DNA of 64,000 nucleotides. Origin: a virus. Numbering within the stretch: position 1 is the stretch's first letter; the number at the start of each line of letters is the position of its first letter. The DNA lies in the IMG/VR virus record IMGVR_UViG_3300034105_003474, positions 80,874-144,873 of that record. One strand, written 5' to 3'. The notes under the pieces are model-generated. The model worked only from the letters and a program-made list of their open reading frames with translations, ran no database searches and was not told where the DNA came from. A program made the position numbers and the translations under genes. This document shows positions 37,634 to 48,050 of this stretch, piece by piece.

Positions 37634-38944
37634 ATGGGTACAACCTATAACTTCATTGATGAATCCGAAAGGCTCTTCTTAGAACAAAGCACTTTTGTCG
37701 CAACAAATCTTGAAGATTTGTGGACAAGCAACGGTACTGTTGCAACCGATGCTGCGACGTATCTTGACTCCGATTTTGGTTCCCTTAAACTAACGCCATC
37801 AAGCGCTGAGAACTATGTTCGTTTTAATTATCATTCGTCTACCGCTTCGGTTCCATCTCAGTACGCCATCACCACCGATGTTGATGGGAACGATTATGTT
37901 GAAGCGTTTATGTGGGTTAGACCAACAAAAAATTGCACTATATATCTACAAACAGTATTGACTGAAGTCTCATTTGCTTCAAACACATCTTCATATAGTT
38001 TTGTTGATCCTTTTGTCCGTCATACAGGGAATGAAGGTTCGCACACTTTGTTTATTGGCGGAACGGATACGCCTACATGGCATCTGGTACGCGCTGTCCC
38101 TATTGCTGTACCAGCAACGGGAAGATGGTCAATAGGTATAAACTTCCGTGTGGTTTTTGCGACATTGACTGATGCACATCTGAATATTGCACGACCAACC
38201 CTGCATACATCGCAACGATTCCTATTGGGTGATTTTTTTACGAGTGTTATAGGAAATATTCCTGAAATTTTTTTAGAGTCCGATTTTGCGAACTACTCAA
38301 CTAACAATCCAACTTATCCTCTTTCAAGATTTGTGGATGTGATTACAACTACGGCGGGTGACATTTATGATCAGACAATCTCGTTTGAGTATTTAGATTC
38401 TTCCGAGGGTGGTAGCGCAAGCAACTTGTTCACCTTGAGCAGATTGGTTGATCCTAGGGTTTGTGACAGTGCTTACCTTTCTTGGCTGTCACAGTTTAGA
38501 GGTAGACCTGTCCTTATTACATATCAGCCTTCAACCGAAGGTATTGGTTGGAGTGTTTTTACACTCAATTCATCGCTACTAAGTGGTCTTGACCCGATTA
38601 CTAATTTACCTGTTGGTATTGACGTTCTTGGGGGCGATGCAACAAACCTTGGTGGCTTGCCAGCGGGTATTGAGGCTTTTGCCAGATGGCAAGTTGAAAC
38701 AGGGTATTACGGGCATAATGCTGGAACTGTCTCGGCGATGGTGAATGCTATTCAACGAAACCTGACTGGCGACCAAACAGTCAACTATACGCTGTCAACA
38801 AATACTATAGCGTTCACTACAAAGCAGTCTGAAACTTTTGGTTCTGTAGTCGGCGATATTGGTGTATCTAACTCTGTTATTTTGAATTTGATTGAGCCAG
38901 CACGACCACTAGGGATGCTTGTCACCCACACAATGACTGCGTGA
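37634..38944 (+). CDS. Baseplate wedge / P2 I-like protein
   Basis: LVDPRVCDSAYLSWLSQFRG motif; follows J. Confidence 0.65.
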   Translation: MGTTYNFIDESERLFLEQSTFVATNLEDLWTSNGTVATDAATYLDSDFGSLKLTPSSAENYVRFNYHSSTASVPSQYAITTDVDGNDYVEAFMWVRPTKNCTIYLQTVLTEVSFASNTSSYSFVDPFVRHTGNEGSHTLFIGGTDTPTWHLVRAVPIAVPATGRWSIGINFRVVFATLTDAHLNIARPTLHTSQRFLLGDFFTSVIGNIPEIFLESDFANYSTNNPTYPLSRFVDVITTTAGDIYDQTISFEYLDSSEGGSASNLFTLSRLVDPRVCDSAYLSWLSQFRGRPVLITYQPSTEGIGWSVFTLNSSLLSGLDPITNLPVGIDVLGGDATNLGGLPAGIEAFARWQVETGYYGHNAGTVSAMVNAIQRNLTGDQTVNYTLSTNTIAFTTKQSETFGSVVGDIGVSNSVILNLIEPARPLGMLVTHTMTA

Positions 38945-38979
38945 TGTAGAATAGTTACACAACTTTAAATGGAGGCTCC

Positions 38980-39240
38980 ATGGAAGAGGAAAATTCTCAA
39001 AGTTCTGTGGATAAAGAAATTGAGGATCTCCTTCGGGATTCTTTACCTCAAGGTCTTGTAACCAATTTTGTTGTTATTGCAGAAGTGGCTTCCAACTCTC
39101 AACAAGAACTCGTACTGTCCATATCGGACTCCATGACGCCATGGCTTGCACATGGTATGTTGGAGTTTGCCATGGACATGATGCGTTCAGGAGAATATCA
39201 ATTCCCTATCACGGAGGAAAACAATGGACAAGAATATTAA
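38980..39240 (+). CDS. Hypothetical protein
   Basis: GGAGG SD; TAGAAT -10-like element upstream. Confidence 0.7.
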   Translation: MEEENSQSSVDKEIEDLLRDSLPQGLVTNFVVIAEVASNSQQELVLSISDSMTPWLAHGMLEFAMDMMRSGEYQFPITEENNGQEY

Positions 39241-39466
39241 AGCAAACGTCAGTGACCAAGCAGTAAAAGGTGCGCTTTTGGGCGCTATCGGATATGCTGC
39301 CAACAAGTACGGTGTATCAGCAGAAATCGTTGCTGTAATCATGCCGATCGCTTTGACCGCGCTGGCTTGGGTATCTACAAAAATTGGCGACAAGGGCACA
39401 ACCGCACTTTTCTCGGTAGTGACTGCTGTTGTTGAAGCACAGTCAAAAAGCAAGAAAAAGGCATAA
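39224..39466 (+). CDS. Small membrane protein, possible holin
   Basis: 80 aa, hydrophobic helices, basic C-terminus (KSKKKA). Confidence 0.5.
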   Translation: MDKNIKANVSDQAVKGALLGAIGYAANKYGVSAEIVAVIMPIALTALAWVSTKIGDKGTTALFSVVTAVVEAQSKSKKKA

Positions 39467-39546
39467 CTCTTCAAATCCTAAAGATACAAGTGTTGTATTC
39501 TTGTAAGGGTAGAGGCTTTTGCGTGCCCCAATTGGAGTGAGGATTA

Positions 39547-39897
39547 ATGCTTGCAGGTAAATACAACATGGTGTGTGACCAAGGGTCAACCTTTCAGCGC
39601 ATCATAGAAATCAAGGATGCCGATGGGGTGGTTTTCCCGTTGACTGGGTATACGGCTCGCATGCAAATCAGGCGAGATATTGATGCCACGTCCACACTTA
39701 TGGAGTTGACCAACGCGAATGGTCGCATAACAATCAATGGGGCTCTTGGGGCGATAACCATGACGCTGACCCCTGACCTGACGGTTGGGTTGACAAAAAG
39801 TGGTGTGTACGACTTGGAAATAGTGAAAACTTCTACTGGCGAGGTTCACAAAGTTTTGCGTGGGGATTTCCGTCTTGAGAAAGAAGTTACCAGATGA
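39547..39897 (+). CDS. Tail-fibre-associated beta-sandwich protein
   Basis: DQGSTF, LTGYTARMQIR, VYDLEI motifs common at the start of fibre clusters. Confidence 0.7.
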   Translation: MLAGKYNMVCDQGSTFQRIIEIKDADGVVFPLTGYTARMQIRRDIDATSTLMELTNANGRITINGALGAITMTLTPDLTVGLTKSGVYDLEIVKTSTGEVHKVLRGDFRLEKEVTR

Positions 39898-40127
39898 CAA
39901 ACGGTAACTACAACACCGTAGTTGAGGATCAACGGAATATTGTCCAAGTAATCCACGAGGAACCCAACTATGTGGTCGTAACTGAGGGTCAGCAGAGCAT
40001 TGTGGAAATCGTTGACGAGCGATCAAACACTGTGGTAGTCACCGTTCCGGGCGTATCTAGTCTGTCCGCAAGAACAAATGTGACTTACGGTGAAGGTGCT
40101 CCTTGGACTATTACGGTGACAGTTTAA
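39894..40127 (+). CDS. Small Val-rich tail-associated protein with short repeats
   Basis: N(T/Y/I)VVV repeats; ATGA coupling. Confidence 0.6.
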   Translation: MTNGNYNTVVEDQRNIVQVIHEEPNYVVVTEGQQSIVEIVDERSNTVVVTVPGVSSLSARTNVTYGEGAPWTITVTV

Positions 40128-40475
40128 ATGCCGATACAACCATCCGAATACGGAAATACTGGTGACATATATATTGACACCGTTACGGGTGATTTCTATG
40201 GTCCGAAAACACTAGAGGGCTGGCCGGATACACCGTTTTTTACTGCCTTAACTTCCTCCACGGTAGATATCGCCGTACTCAACGATCGCACTATTTTCAC
40301 GCAGGGGTCTGCTTCAAGCACTTGGAACATCACTCATGCTTTAGGGGGGCGACCTTCAGTGACTGTCGTAGATAGCGCGGGTACAGTCGTTTATGGTGAA
40401 GTGCGATATAATAGCAACACAAGTATTACCGTTACTTTTTCATCACCCTTTTCTGGTTTTGCTTATTTGACATAA
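40128..40475 (+). CDS. Small tail-fibre-associated protein
   Basis: GDIYIDT..YGPK and WNITHALGGRPSVTVVD..FSGFAYL motifs. Confidence 0.7.
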   Translation: MPIQPSEYGNTGDIYIDTVTGDFYGPKTLEGWPDTPFFTALTSSTVDIAVLNDRTIFTQGSASSTWNITHALGGRPSVTVVDSAGTVVYGEVRYNSNTSITVTFSSPFSGFAYLT

Positions 40476-40486
40476 GGATTTAAAAC

Positions 40487-41794
40487 ATGGCACAAAAATT
40501 TCTAACTAATGTTGACCTTAACCAGAACCAATTAATTAACGCCTCGTTTGAGGTTGTGGGCACAGACCCATCAAGCGGCAACTTTGAAGGTCGCTTAATT
40601 TACCAGTCCACGACTGACACAATCAAGGTTTATGCAAACGGTGCTTGGCGTTCACTACCACACACCATTGTTTCGGGTGGTGGCGCAGGTATTGCTGAAG
40701 CCCTTACGGTCTCTGAGTCCAACGGCACAGTAACTCTTACTCTTAATGTTGCTGACACGGACAGCGCTGGTTTGTTGCCAGCCACATTTTGGCAGATGCT
40801 CAATGATGCGACCGATGCCGCAACTGCAAGCAAACTTGTCAAGCGAGACGCCTCGGGTAACGCAAAAGTTGCTACCCCAACAGATGCCGCACATATTGCC
40901 ACCAAGGGATATGTTGACTCAGCACGACAAGGTCTTGATGTCAAAGCATCAGTAAGGGTTGCTACTACCGCCCCAATCAACCTTGCCACAGATCTTGAGG
41001 CTGGCGATGTAATTGACGGTGTAACACTTGTTGCTGGTGATCGCGTTCTTGTCAAGAATCAGAGCACTGCTTCTGAAAACGGTATTTATGTTGCTGTTGC
41101 TTCTGGTGCAGCCTCCCGTTCTTCGGACGCAAACGGAACAGCCGACACAGGTGAACTAACGAGTGGAACATTCACATTCGTTGAAGCAGGAACTGTCAAC
41201 TTTGATTCTGGTTTTGTTATTTCTACAGACGGAACAATCACTGTTGGTACAACAGGAATTACTTGGACACAGTTTTCGGGTGCTGGTTCTTTTGAAGCAG
41301 GAGATGGACTTTCAAAGAGCGGTACGCAAGTCAATGTTAATGTCACTGCGAACCGTACTGCAATCACGGCTGACGCGATTGACATTTCAGCCAACTATGT
41401 TGGTCAGTCCTCAATCACAACACTTGGTACGATCACAACAGGTATTTGGAACGGTACAGATGTTGCTGTTGCAGACGGTGGTACTGGTGCAAGCGATGCG
41501 GCAAGTGCCAGAACGAACCTTGGTATCAAAACAACGGCTGGTGCAGTCACAACAACCACCTCAAAACTTGCCCGCGTAGCAAGTCAAGGATGCACGGCTA
41601 ACGCCTCTGGAACCTCTACGACAACAGTAACCCACAACTTTGACACGCTTGATGTGAGCGTACAGATTGTTGAAGTCGCTGGCGGAGCAACAGTGTTTGG
41701 TGATGTCGTCCGCAACAATGCTGACACAGTTACAGTAACGCTTCTTGGCGCAAGTATTCAAGCAAACGATTACAGAATCATAGTAACTGGTTAA
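40487..41794 (+). CDS. Tail fibre protein
   Basis: ATKGYVD, VRVATTAPI..GDRVLVKNQ..NGIY, DGGTGAS motifs. Confidence 0.8.
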   Translation: MAQKFLTNVDLNQNQLINASFEVVGTDPSSGNFEGRLIYQSTTDTIKVYANGAWRSLPHTIVSGGGAGIAEALTVSESNGTVTLTLNVADTDSAGLLPATFWQMLNDATDAATASKLVKRDASGNAKVATPTDAAHIATKGYVDSARQGLDVKASVRVATTAPINLATDLEAGDVIDGVTLVAGDRVLVKNQSTASENGIYVAVASGAASRSSDANGTADTGELTSGTFTFVEAGTVNFDSGFVISTDGTITVGTTGITWTQFSGAGSFEAGDGLSKSGTQVNVNVTANRTAITADAIDISANYVGQSSITTLGTITTGIWNGTDVAVADGGTGASDAASARTNLGIKTTAGAVTTTTSKLARVASQGCTANASGTSTTTVTHNFDTLDVSVQIVEVAGGATVFGDVVRNNADTVTVTLLGASIQANDYRIIVTG

Positions 41795-41800
41795 TACACA

Positions 41801-41853
41801 TAGTTAGCCTTGAGGGGTTGACGAACTACACAAAATAGCGATTGAGGTCGCAA
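41801..41853 (+). promoter_or_regulatory. Two tandem RNA hairpins with identical UGAG loops; the second overlaps the SD of 41854
   Basis: TTAGCCT-TGAG-GGGTTGA (41804-41821) and GCGAT-TGAG-GTCGC (41838-41851); GTG start at 41854. Confidence 0.45.
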
Positions 41854-42405
41854 GTGGCACAAAAATTTGTAACTCCTATTACCATCAAACAGTTGGCGTC
41901 TGCTGGCTCAGATGCGCTCACCGTATTTCTTGACGGCGAAACCTACGGTCGTGTAAAACTTGAAGCAGGCGGTCGCCTTTCTTGGAGTAATGGTGCCGGA
42001 TCTTACGACACAAATCTTTATCGTGATTCCGCAAATGTTCTTGCTACCGACGATGTCCTGAAGGCAATTTCTGGTGTGGTCACACTTGCCGTTAATGGTG
42101 TCCCCACTGCAGCCCTTCCTGATGGCGCTATTGCTGTTGACACTTTAAACAATGCTTTCTATTTCCGTTCCAACTCAACATGGACACAGGTCAGTGGCGG
42201 TGGTGCTTCGTTAACCGTTGCTGAAACTGCGCCAGCGTCACCCGATCTTGGTGACTTGTGGTTTGAGTCTGACTCTGGTAGAACTTTTGTTTACTATGAT
42301 TCGCAGTGGGTTGAAATTGGTGGAGGCGGAGGCGGTGGTGGTGGTAGCACAACCGACGAAGGATCTATCGCTATGGTCGCATCTTGGATGGTTGGGAGTA
42401 ACTAA
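41854..42405 (+). CDS. Tail fibre-like protein
   Basis: GTG start gives MAQKFV, like MAQKFL of the upstream gene; GDLWFESDSGRTFVYYDSQWVE module. Confidence 0.7.
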   Translation: MAQKFVTPITIKQLASAGSDALTVFLDGETYGRVKLEAGGRLSWSNGAGSYDTNLYRDSANVLATDDVLKAISGVVTLAVNGVPTAALPDGAIAVDTLNNAFYFRSNSTWTQVSGGGASLTVAETAPASPDLGDLWFESDSGRTFVYYDSQWVEIGGGGGGGGGSTTDEGSIAMVASWMVGSN

Positions 42406-42728
42406 TGGGTGTTGAATATTTTAATAACAAAACCCCGGCTGCGGGTGTCGCGTTCAACCTGATCGCGGTATCTGCCTCTTATGACTATCTGACTTCAGTT
42501 GTTTGCACAAACAAAGGAATGGGCGACGCAAAAGTGACCATATACGCCATGACCTCTGGTGGGGCTGAAGCGGACACGATGTACTTTGCTAAAGAACAAG
42601 TAGTTCCGGGTAACTCTACATTTGAAACAAAAAAACTAACGATTACTGGCACCAAAGCACTGTGGGCACTTTCAGACAACGGAAACGTGTCCTTTGCTTC
42701 GGTAGGGCTAAGAACGAGTAGGGTATAA
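42405..42728 (+). CDS. Small tail-associated protein (~110-aa family)
   Basis: VVCTN.. pattern shared with 53710, 58003 and 63164. Confidence 0.65.
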   Translation: MGVEYFNNKTPAAGVAFNLIAVSASYDYLTSVVCTNKGMGDAKVTIYAMTSGGAEADTMYFAKEQVVPGNSTFETKKLTITGTKALWALSDNGNVSFASVGLRTSRV

Positions 42729-43003
42729 TGGCATCCATGGGATCATCTGATGTTATAATTTTTCAACCTGAAACGGTGTCTGATTTGTATGGGCGCGTTT
42801 TCTATGGCTTAAAATATGACCCATCAACTGGTTTGGCGGAGATTGAACAAATAGAATCCGGCGAAGTTATCTCTATCCCCACACTGTCGCCCGGTATCAC
42901 TTATGAAACTAGCGATTATGCGACGTGGCTTTCATCTACCAAGTATTTGGACTTTACTTGGGAGTCCACTTTATCATCTAATCTTATTATGGAGGTTGCG
43001 TAA
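42728..43003 (+). CDS. Small tail-associated protein
   Basis: TAATG-coupled ORF before the long fibre. Confidence 0.65.
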   Translation: MASMGSSDVIIFQPETVSDLYGRVFYGLKYDPSTGLAEIEQIESGEVISIPTLSPGITYETSDYATWLSSTKYLDFTWESTLSSNLIMEVA

Positions 43004-46000
43004 TGCCACAATTAATTGACTTAGGTCGTATTCGTTTTTCATTCTTGGGCGACTACAGTTCAGGAACTACCTACAAAGTCAACGACGTTGTGCGTTATGG
43101 CGCAAATTTGTATGTTTACATTAATGCAAGTGGCACAGCGGGCAATGTTCCGACCAATGCAACATACTGGTCATCTATTCTCAGCGGTTTTGAACACAAG
43201 GGAGTTTACAGCAGCGGAACTACCTACAAAATAGCGGAAACAGTTACATACAGTGGTTCCATCTACCAAGTAATAACTTCCACCACTGTAGGAAATCTCC
43301 CGACAAACGCAACCTATTGGAAATTGATTCTTGAAGGCGCTTTCCCCACACAAACAGGTCTAGCAAATAGCATCCTTGAGACAAACGGAACAGTCACTAA
43401 CTGGACGGCAACCCCAAATCTTGAAGGTTTGACAGTTTTGGCTGATACGGAACTCAAGGGTGATCTCGTTTCCTCATACAGGCAAGTAAGTGTCACAAAC
43501 ATAGGTAAGTCTGGGAATACGGTCACAGCCACAACGAGTACACCTCACCTGTTTGACGTAGGCGACACTGTTGTGATCGCTGGTATTTCAGGAGACTTTA
43601 ACACCTCGTCAACCGTGGCGACTGTGCCAAGTAGTACAACATTTACGTACAGCATGAGCATGTCGGGAACTATCGCTTCTGCCTCTGTTAGTGGCACTGC
43701 TACCGTCTACGGAAACATTTCAACATCGGGAACAATTACATCAACTGGCAATGTCGTCCTCACTGGTGGATCACTATCTGTTGTCGGCGGGAATACCAGC
43801 ATGACAGGAACCCTCCTCGTTTCTGGTGCAACAACCATAAGCAACGATGCGGTTGTCAAGCAAGCGCTAGATGTAGAAGGAGCATTTGAAGTTACTGGTC
43901 GTACCCGCGACATTACCCATAGGGCTTTGTCTGGAACAACAGTTACATTCACAACCAACACACCGCATGCGCTTATTGTTGGGGATGTAGTAACAACATC
44001 AGGACTTGTAAACACCGACTACAACTTTACAAAAACAGTAACAGCCATCCCAACGACCACAACCTTTACAGTTACCGCAACAATTTCTGGTGGAAACGTC
44101 GCAACAACCGCCGCATCTGGAACTGTTGTGGCAAAGAGTTTGGCTACCTTTAGTAGTGCTGACATTACAGAAAACCTAGATGTTGCAGGAAGGGCTATTG
44201 TTTCTACTGAGTTCCGCTCAGAAGGAATCACCCTTGTAGGTAGTTCTGCCCGTGACCAGTACGACACAAACGGACTAGTCACAAAAACCATTACGACATC
44301 GGCACTCACGAGCAACGTTGTTACGATAACAACCTCGGCTGCGCACGGTTTCTCACCGTATCAGTTTGTAGAAGTCACCAGCAGTAGAGCCTCTATTAAC
44401 GGAACTTTTGAGATTGTTGCAGTACCAACCTCAACCACTTTCACTTATGCCCTGACTTTGGGCAACCTCGCATCAGCAGCAACAACTGGAACCGTTGAAA
44501 CGATACCCGGTTTCACAAACCTGATGGCGTTGTTCACTTCAGACGCAAATGATGACTATTCGCAAGTTGCTGTACAAAACACGGCTGGTGGTGCCAACGT
44601 GTCAAGCGACTTCATCGCCTACCCAGATAATGGAACTGACTTTTCTGGCTACATTGACATGGGTATTACATCAAGTACTTTTTCCGATCCAGAGTTCACA
44701 ATTACGGGAGCGAACGACGGCTACATATTCATGACAGCCCCAGTGGGCAGCGCTGGAAACGGAAACCTGGTATTAGCGACAGGCGATACAGGGGCAGAAA
44801 ATAAGATTGTTTTTGCCGCTGGTGGTTTGAGCACAAACAATACACAAATGGTGATAACACCAGACGAAAACATACATATTGAAATTCCCACGCCGTCAAC
44901 CTCTTCGTCTACTGGCGCGTTAACGGTTGTCGGTGGTGTTGGAATTACGGGAGATATGAACATTCAAGGTGATGTTGCCATTCAGGGAACAATCACATTT
45001 GGTGGTGGCGGCACAACCGTAGAAACATCAAACCTTGCGGTCACTGACCCGATTGTTTTTGTTGGTACCAATAACCAAGCAGACACTGTAGATCTTTCGT
45101 TTCTTGGGGAGTACCAGAAATCAGCAAGCGCAATAGTAAAAACTATTAGCAATAAAGCACTTACATCAAATGTCGCCACGCTCACAACCTCAACAACTCA
45201 CGGATATGAGGCTGGTGCGGTTGTGGTCGTCACTGATGTGGACGCAACATTTAATGGTACCTTCAATATTATTGCGGTTCCGACTACGACAACGTTTACT
45301 TATGCAAAAACTGCTACAAACGTTGCTTCTGTGGCGGCTTCTGGTACGGCTACCGTTTCTTCTACTAGGAAGTACTCGGGTTTAAGCAGAGATGCTTCTG
45401 ATGGCGTATTCAAGTTATTCCATGATGCCCCAACAAAGCCGACTACGACCGTTGACTTTGCAGGGTCTGGCTTAACATATAGTCCGCTACTCGCAGGCAA
45501 CATACAGGCAGTCGGAAACATCGTAGCCAGTGGAACGAGCACCCTTAACGGACTTGTAACCGCGGACAGTTTGACAGTTACAGGAGCAACACAGTTAAAC
45601 GGAACACTTACTACAAGTCAGAACGTAAGTATTTCAGGACGCCTTGATGTGCAAGAAATTAGAGAAGACGTACTTGATGGGACAATCACATCTAACGTAC
45701 TTACCTGTGATTATTCCACAGGAAACATTTTCTATATTGCCACTGCACCATCTGCAAACTTTACGGTAAACGTAACGAATGCTCCCACCGATAACGGTAA
45801 GTCAATTTCGGTAACTGTAGTTGTTACGGAAGGTGCTACTGGGTACATCCCATCCGCATTGCAGGTAGCGGGTGTTGCTCAAACACTCAAATGGGCGAAC
45901 GGAACTGCTCCAGTCGCAACAAATGGCGCTGGCAAGTTTGACATCTTCAACTTCACATTGATTAGAAGGTCTAGTGCTTGGTTGGTGCTTGGTTCTGCTG

Positions 46001-46014
46001 TTCAAAACTTCTAA
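43003..46014 (+). CDS. Long tail fibre/structural protein with CBM5/12-like N-terminal repeats and four beta modules
   Basis: IDLGRIRF start, two YSSGTTYK..PTNATYW repeats, four 'TxTTxxxHxxxxG' modules. Confidence 0.8.
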   Translation: MPQLIDLGRIRFSFLGDYSSGTTYKVNDVVRYGANLYVYINASGTAGNVPTNATYWSSILSGFEHKGVYSSGTTYKIAETVTYSGSIYQVITSTTVGNLPTNATYWKLILEGAFPTQTGLANSILETNGTVTNWTATPNLEGLTVLADTELKGDLVSSYRQVSVTNIGKSGNTVTATTSTPHLFDVGDTVVIAGISGDFNTSSTVATVPSSTTFTYSMSMSGTIASASVSGTATVYGNISTSGTITSTGNVVLTGGSLSVVGGNTSMTGTLLVSGATTISNDAVVKQALDVEGAFEVTGRTRDITHRALSGTTVTFTTNTPHALIVGDVVTTSGLVNTDYNFTKTVTAIPTTTTFTVTATISGGNVATTAASGTVVAKSLATFSSADITENLDVAGRAIVSTEFRSEGITLVGSSARDQYDTNGLVTKTITTSALTSNVVTITTSAAHGFSPYQFVEVTSSRASINGTFEIVAVPTSTTFTYALTLGNLASAATTGTVETIPGFTNLMALFTSDANDDYSQVAVQNTAGGANVSSDFIAYPDNGTDFSGYIDMGITSSTFSDPEFTITGANDGYIFMTAPVGSAGNGNLVLATGDTGAENKIVFAAGGLSTNNTQMVITPDENIHIEIPTPSTSSSTGALTVVGGVGITGDMNIQGDVAIQGTITFGGGGTTVETSNLAVTDPIVFVGTNNQADTVDLSFLGEYQKSASAIVKTISNKALTSNVATLTTSTTHGYEAGAVVVVTDVDATFNGTFNIIAVPTTTTFTYAKTATNVASVAASGTATVSSTRKYSGLSRDASDGVFKLFHDAPTKPTTTVDFAGSGLTYSPLLAGNIQAVGNIVASGTSTLNGLVTADSLTVTGATQLNGTLTTSQNVSISGRLDVQEIREDVLDGTITSNVLTCDYSTGNIFYIATAPSANFTVNVTNAPTDNGKSISVTVVVTEGATGYIPSALQVAGVAQTLKWANGTAPVATNGAGKFDIFNFTLIRRSSAWLVLGSAVQNF

Positions 46015-46023
46015 GGAGAACTA

Positions 46024-46974
46024 ATGCCATTTTTTAGTTCAAGACCAACTGCTATTTTTAATGTTAGGGGTTCTGGTCTCAAACCTTGGCTTTACCGTCA
46101 GATTTTAACGAAGGGCTACACGGGGTGCGGCTATAAAGATAGTGTTCCTTGGAGAAATGTTAACTCTCTTAACATGGCTACAGATACGTGCACTAATCTC
46201 GGAGACCTTTTTACCGAGACCGCAAACTATTGTGCTGGCGGACAAAGCAGAAATGTGGCATTTATGTTCGGCACTGGCGGTGTTGGAGCATTTACTTCTA
46301 CCAGCGTTTTTAATATGCGTAACGACACAACCCATGTGAAAACTTCCGCAATGAATACTGCCTACACTTGCAACGACTCTGGAACAATACAATCACACGA
46401 CCTAAATGGTTCTGGGCAAACGTGCTACATCAATGGAAATATTGGCGGTGCTTTCTACCAAAAATTTAACCTGCAAACAGAACAATACATATCTGCCGTT
46501 GCAACAACTTTTGACCAAGGTGGTACTGGTGCTTCTGGTCATTACGGCGAAAGACACGGATACCTGTGGAACGACTCACAGACAAGAAAGTTTGTTTTCA
46601 GTACAGAAACAGAAACAGTTGCCGGTGCAGCAGGCTTCCACGGTCAGCAAAAAGGTTTTAACTCCAAAGTTGAGACTGGATACGCTGGCAATGAGGGAAG
46701 TTACAACGGGGGATACAACTTCCGTAAGTGGAACTATGCGACAGAATCAAATGTTGGAACAATGGCAAAACCAATTGGAAATTGCGGAGAAGAGAATTTT
46801 AGTAACGGGCAAGCCGCTAGTTGGATGCTAGGGATGTATGACACAGGACAGAACAACAGGGCTTGGAAATTTACTTTTGCTACCGATACCGGCTTTGAAG
46901 GTGGCGCATCTATGCAACCCACTGGCGCTGGTATTGCGGGTAGGTCATCTGGGTTTGGTTATGCACGCGACTAG
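46024..46974 (+). CDS. Gly/aromatic-rich beta-repeat (propeller-like) protein, copy 1
   Basis: Repeating GY.G..KFxxxTE blades; paralog of the next gene. Confidence 0.7.
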   Translation: MPFFSSRPTAIFNVRGSGLKPWLYRQILTKGYTGCGYKDSVPWRNVNSLNMATDTCTNLGDLFTETANYCAGGQSRNVAFMFGTGGVGAFTSTSVFNMRNDTTHVKTSAMNTAYTCNDSGTIQSHDLNGSGQTCYINGNIGGAFYQKFNLQTEQYISAVATTFDQGGTGASGHYGERHGYLWNDSQTRKFVFSTETETVAGAAGFHGQQKGFNSKVETGYAGNEGSYNGGYNFRKWNYATESNVGTMAKPIGNCGEENFSNGQAASWMLGMYDTGQNNRAWKFTFATDTGFEGGASMQPTGAGIAGRSSGFGYARD

Positions 46975-46983
46975 GGGAAACTG

Positions 46984-47943
46984 ATGCCGTTTTTTAGTTC
47001 AAGACCAACAGCAATTTTCAATGTCAGAGGTTCTGGTTTGAAGCCTTGGCTTTACCGTCAAATAGTAACAAAGGGCTACACGGGGTGCGGGTATAAAGAT
47101 AATGTTCCTTGGAGGAACGTTAACTCACTCAACATGGCTACAGACACATGTACCAACCTTGGCGACCTTTTTACAGAAACCGCAAACTACTGTGCTGGTG
47201 GACAGAGCAGAAATGTGGCGTTTATGTTTGGCACTGGTGGTGTGGGGGTATTTACCTCAACCAGTGTTTTCAATATGCGCAACGACACCGCACACACTAA
47301 AACGTCAGCCATGAATACTGCGTACACCTGCGGTGACACTGGAACAATACAATCACACGATTTGAATGGCTCTGGACAGATGTGTTATATAAACGGAGCC
47401 GTTGGTGGCGCTTTCATACAGAAGTTCAATTTACAATTAGAGCAATACATATCGGCTATTGCAACAACTTTTGACCAAAGTGGAATTGGTGCTTCAGGTC
47501 ATTTTGGCGAACGGCAAGGGTACTGGTGGAATGACACACCACAAAACAGGAAGTTTGTTTTTAGCACCGAAACAGAGACTGCCCTAACCAACAATACGCT
47601 GGGTTGGCACAGTCAGCAAAAAGGTTTCAACTCCAAACTAGAGACAGGGTTTGCCGGTGGTCAAGGAGGGTACAACGGTGGTTACACCTTGCGTAAGTGG
47701 AACTATGTCACCGAGACCGTCGTTTCCAACCCCAACAAACCCATTGGGAACTCTGGAGAAGAAAACTTTAGTAACGGGCAAACTGCCAACTGGATGTTAG
47801 GCATGTACGACGACGTGCAAAACAATAAGGCTTGGCGATACAATTTCGCCACTGACACAGGCTTTGAGGGTGGTGCGTCCATGCAACCAACAGGTGCAGG
47901 AATCGCTGGTAGGTCATCAGGATTCGGTTACGCACGCGACTAG
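46984..47943 (+). CDS. Beta-repeat (propeller-like) protein, copy 2
   Basis: Near-identical N- and C-termini to copy 1. Confidence 0.7.
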   Translation: MPFFSSRPTAIFNVRGSGLKPWLYRQIVTKGYTGCGYKDNVPWRNVNSLNMATDTCTNLGDLFTETANYCAGGQSRNVAFMFGTGGVGVFTSTSVFNMRNDTAHTKTSAMNTAYTCGDTGTIQSHDLNGSGQMCYINGAVGGAFIQKFNLQLEQYISAIATTFDQSGIGASGHFGERQGYWWNDTPQNRKFVFSTETETALTNNTLGWHSQQKGFNSKLETGFAGGQGGYNGGYTLRKWNYVTETVVSNPNKPIGNSGEENFSNGQTANWMLGMYDDVQNNKAWRYNFATDTGFEGGASMQPTGAGIAGRSSGFGYARD

Positions 47944-48050
47944 TATGGCTCGTTTTCTGAGGGCAATACAATTTTTCTGTTATCAGGACGGCGAAATACC
48001 ATATTGGTATTTTGATTTAGGCTAGACTCCATGGAAGACTGGAGGAAAAA

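Larger units (their letters stand above)
46024..47943 (+). repeat. Tandem gene duplication, ~960-bp period
   Basis: Both copies start ATGCC.TTTTTTAGTTCAAGACCAAC and end ..GCACGCGACTAG. Confidence 0.9.

Noticed and set aside
46024-47943. Assembly artefact duplication
   Set aside because: Copies differ at many synonymous sites and by small indels.
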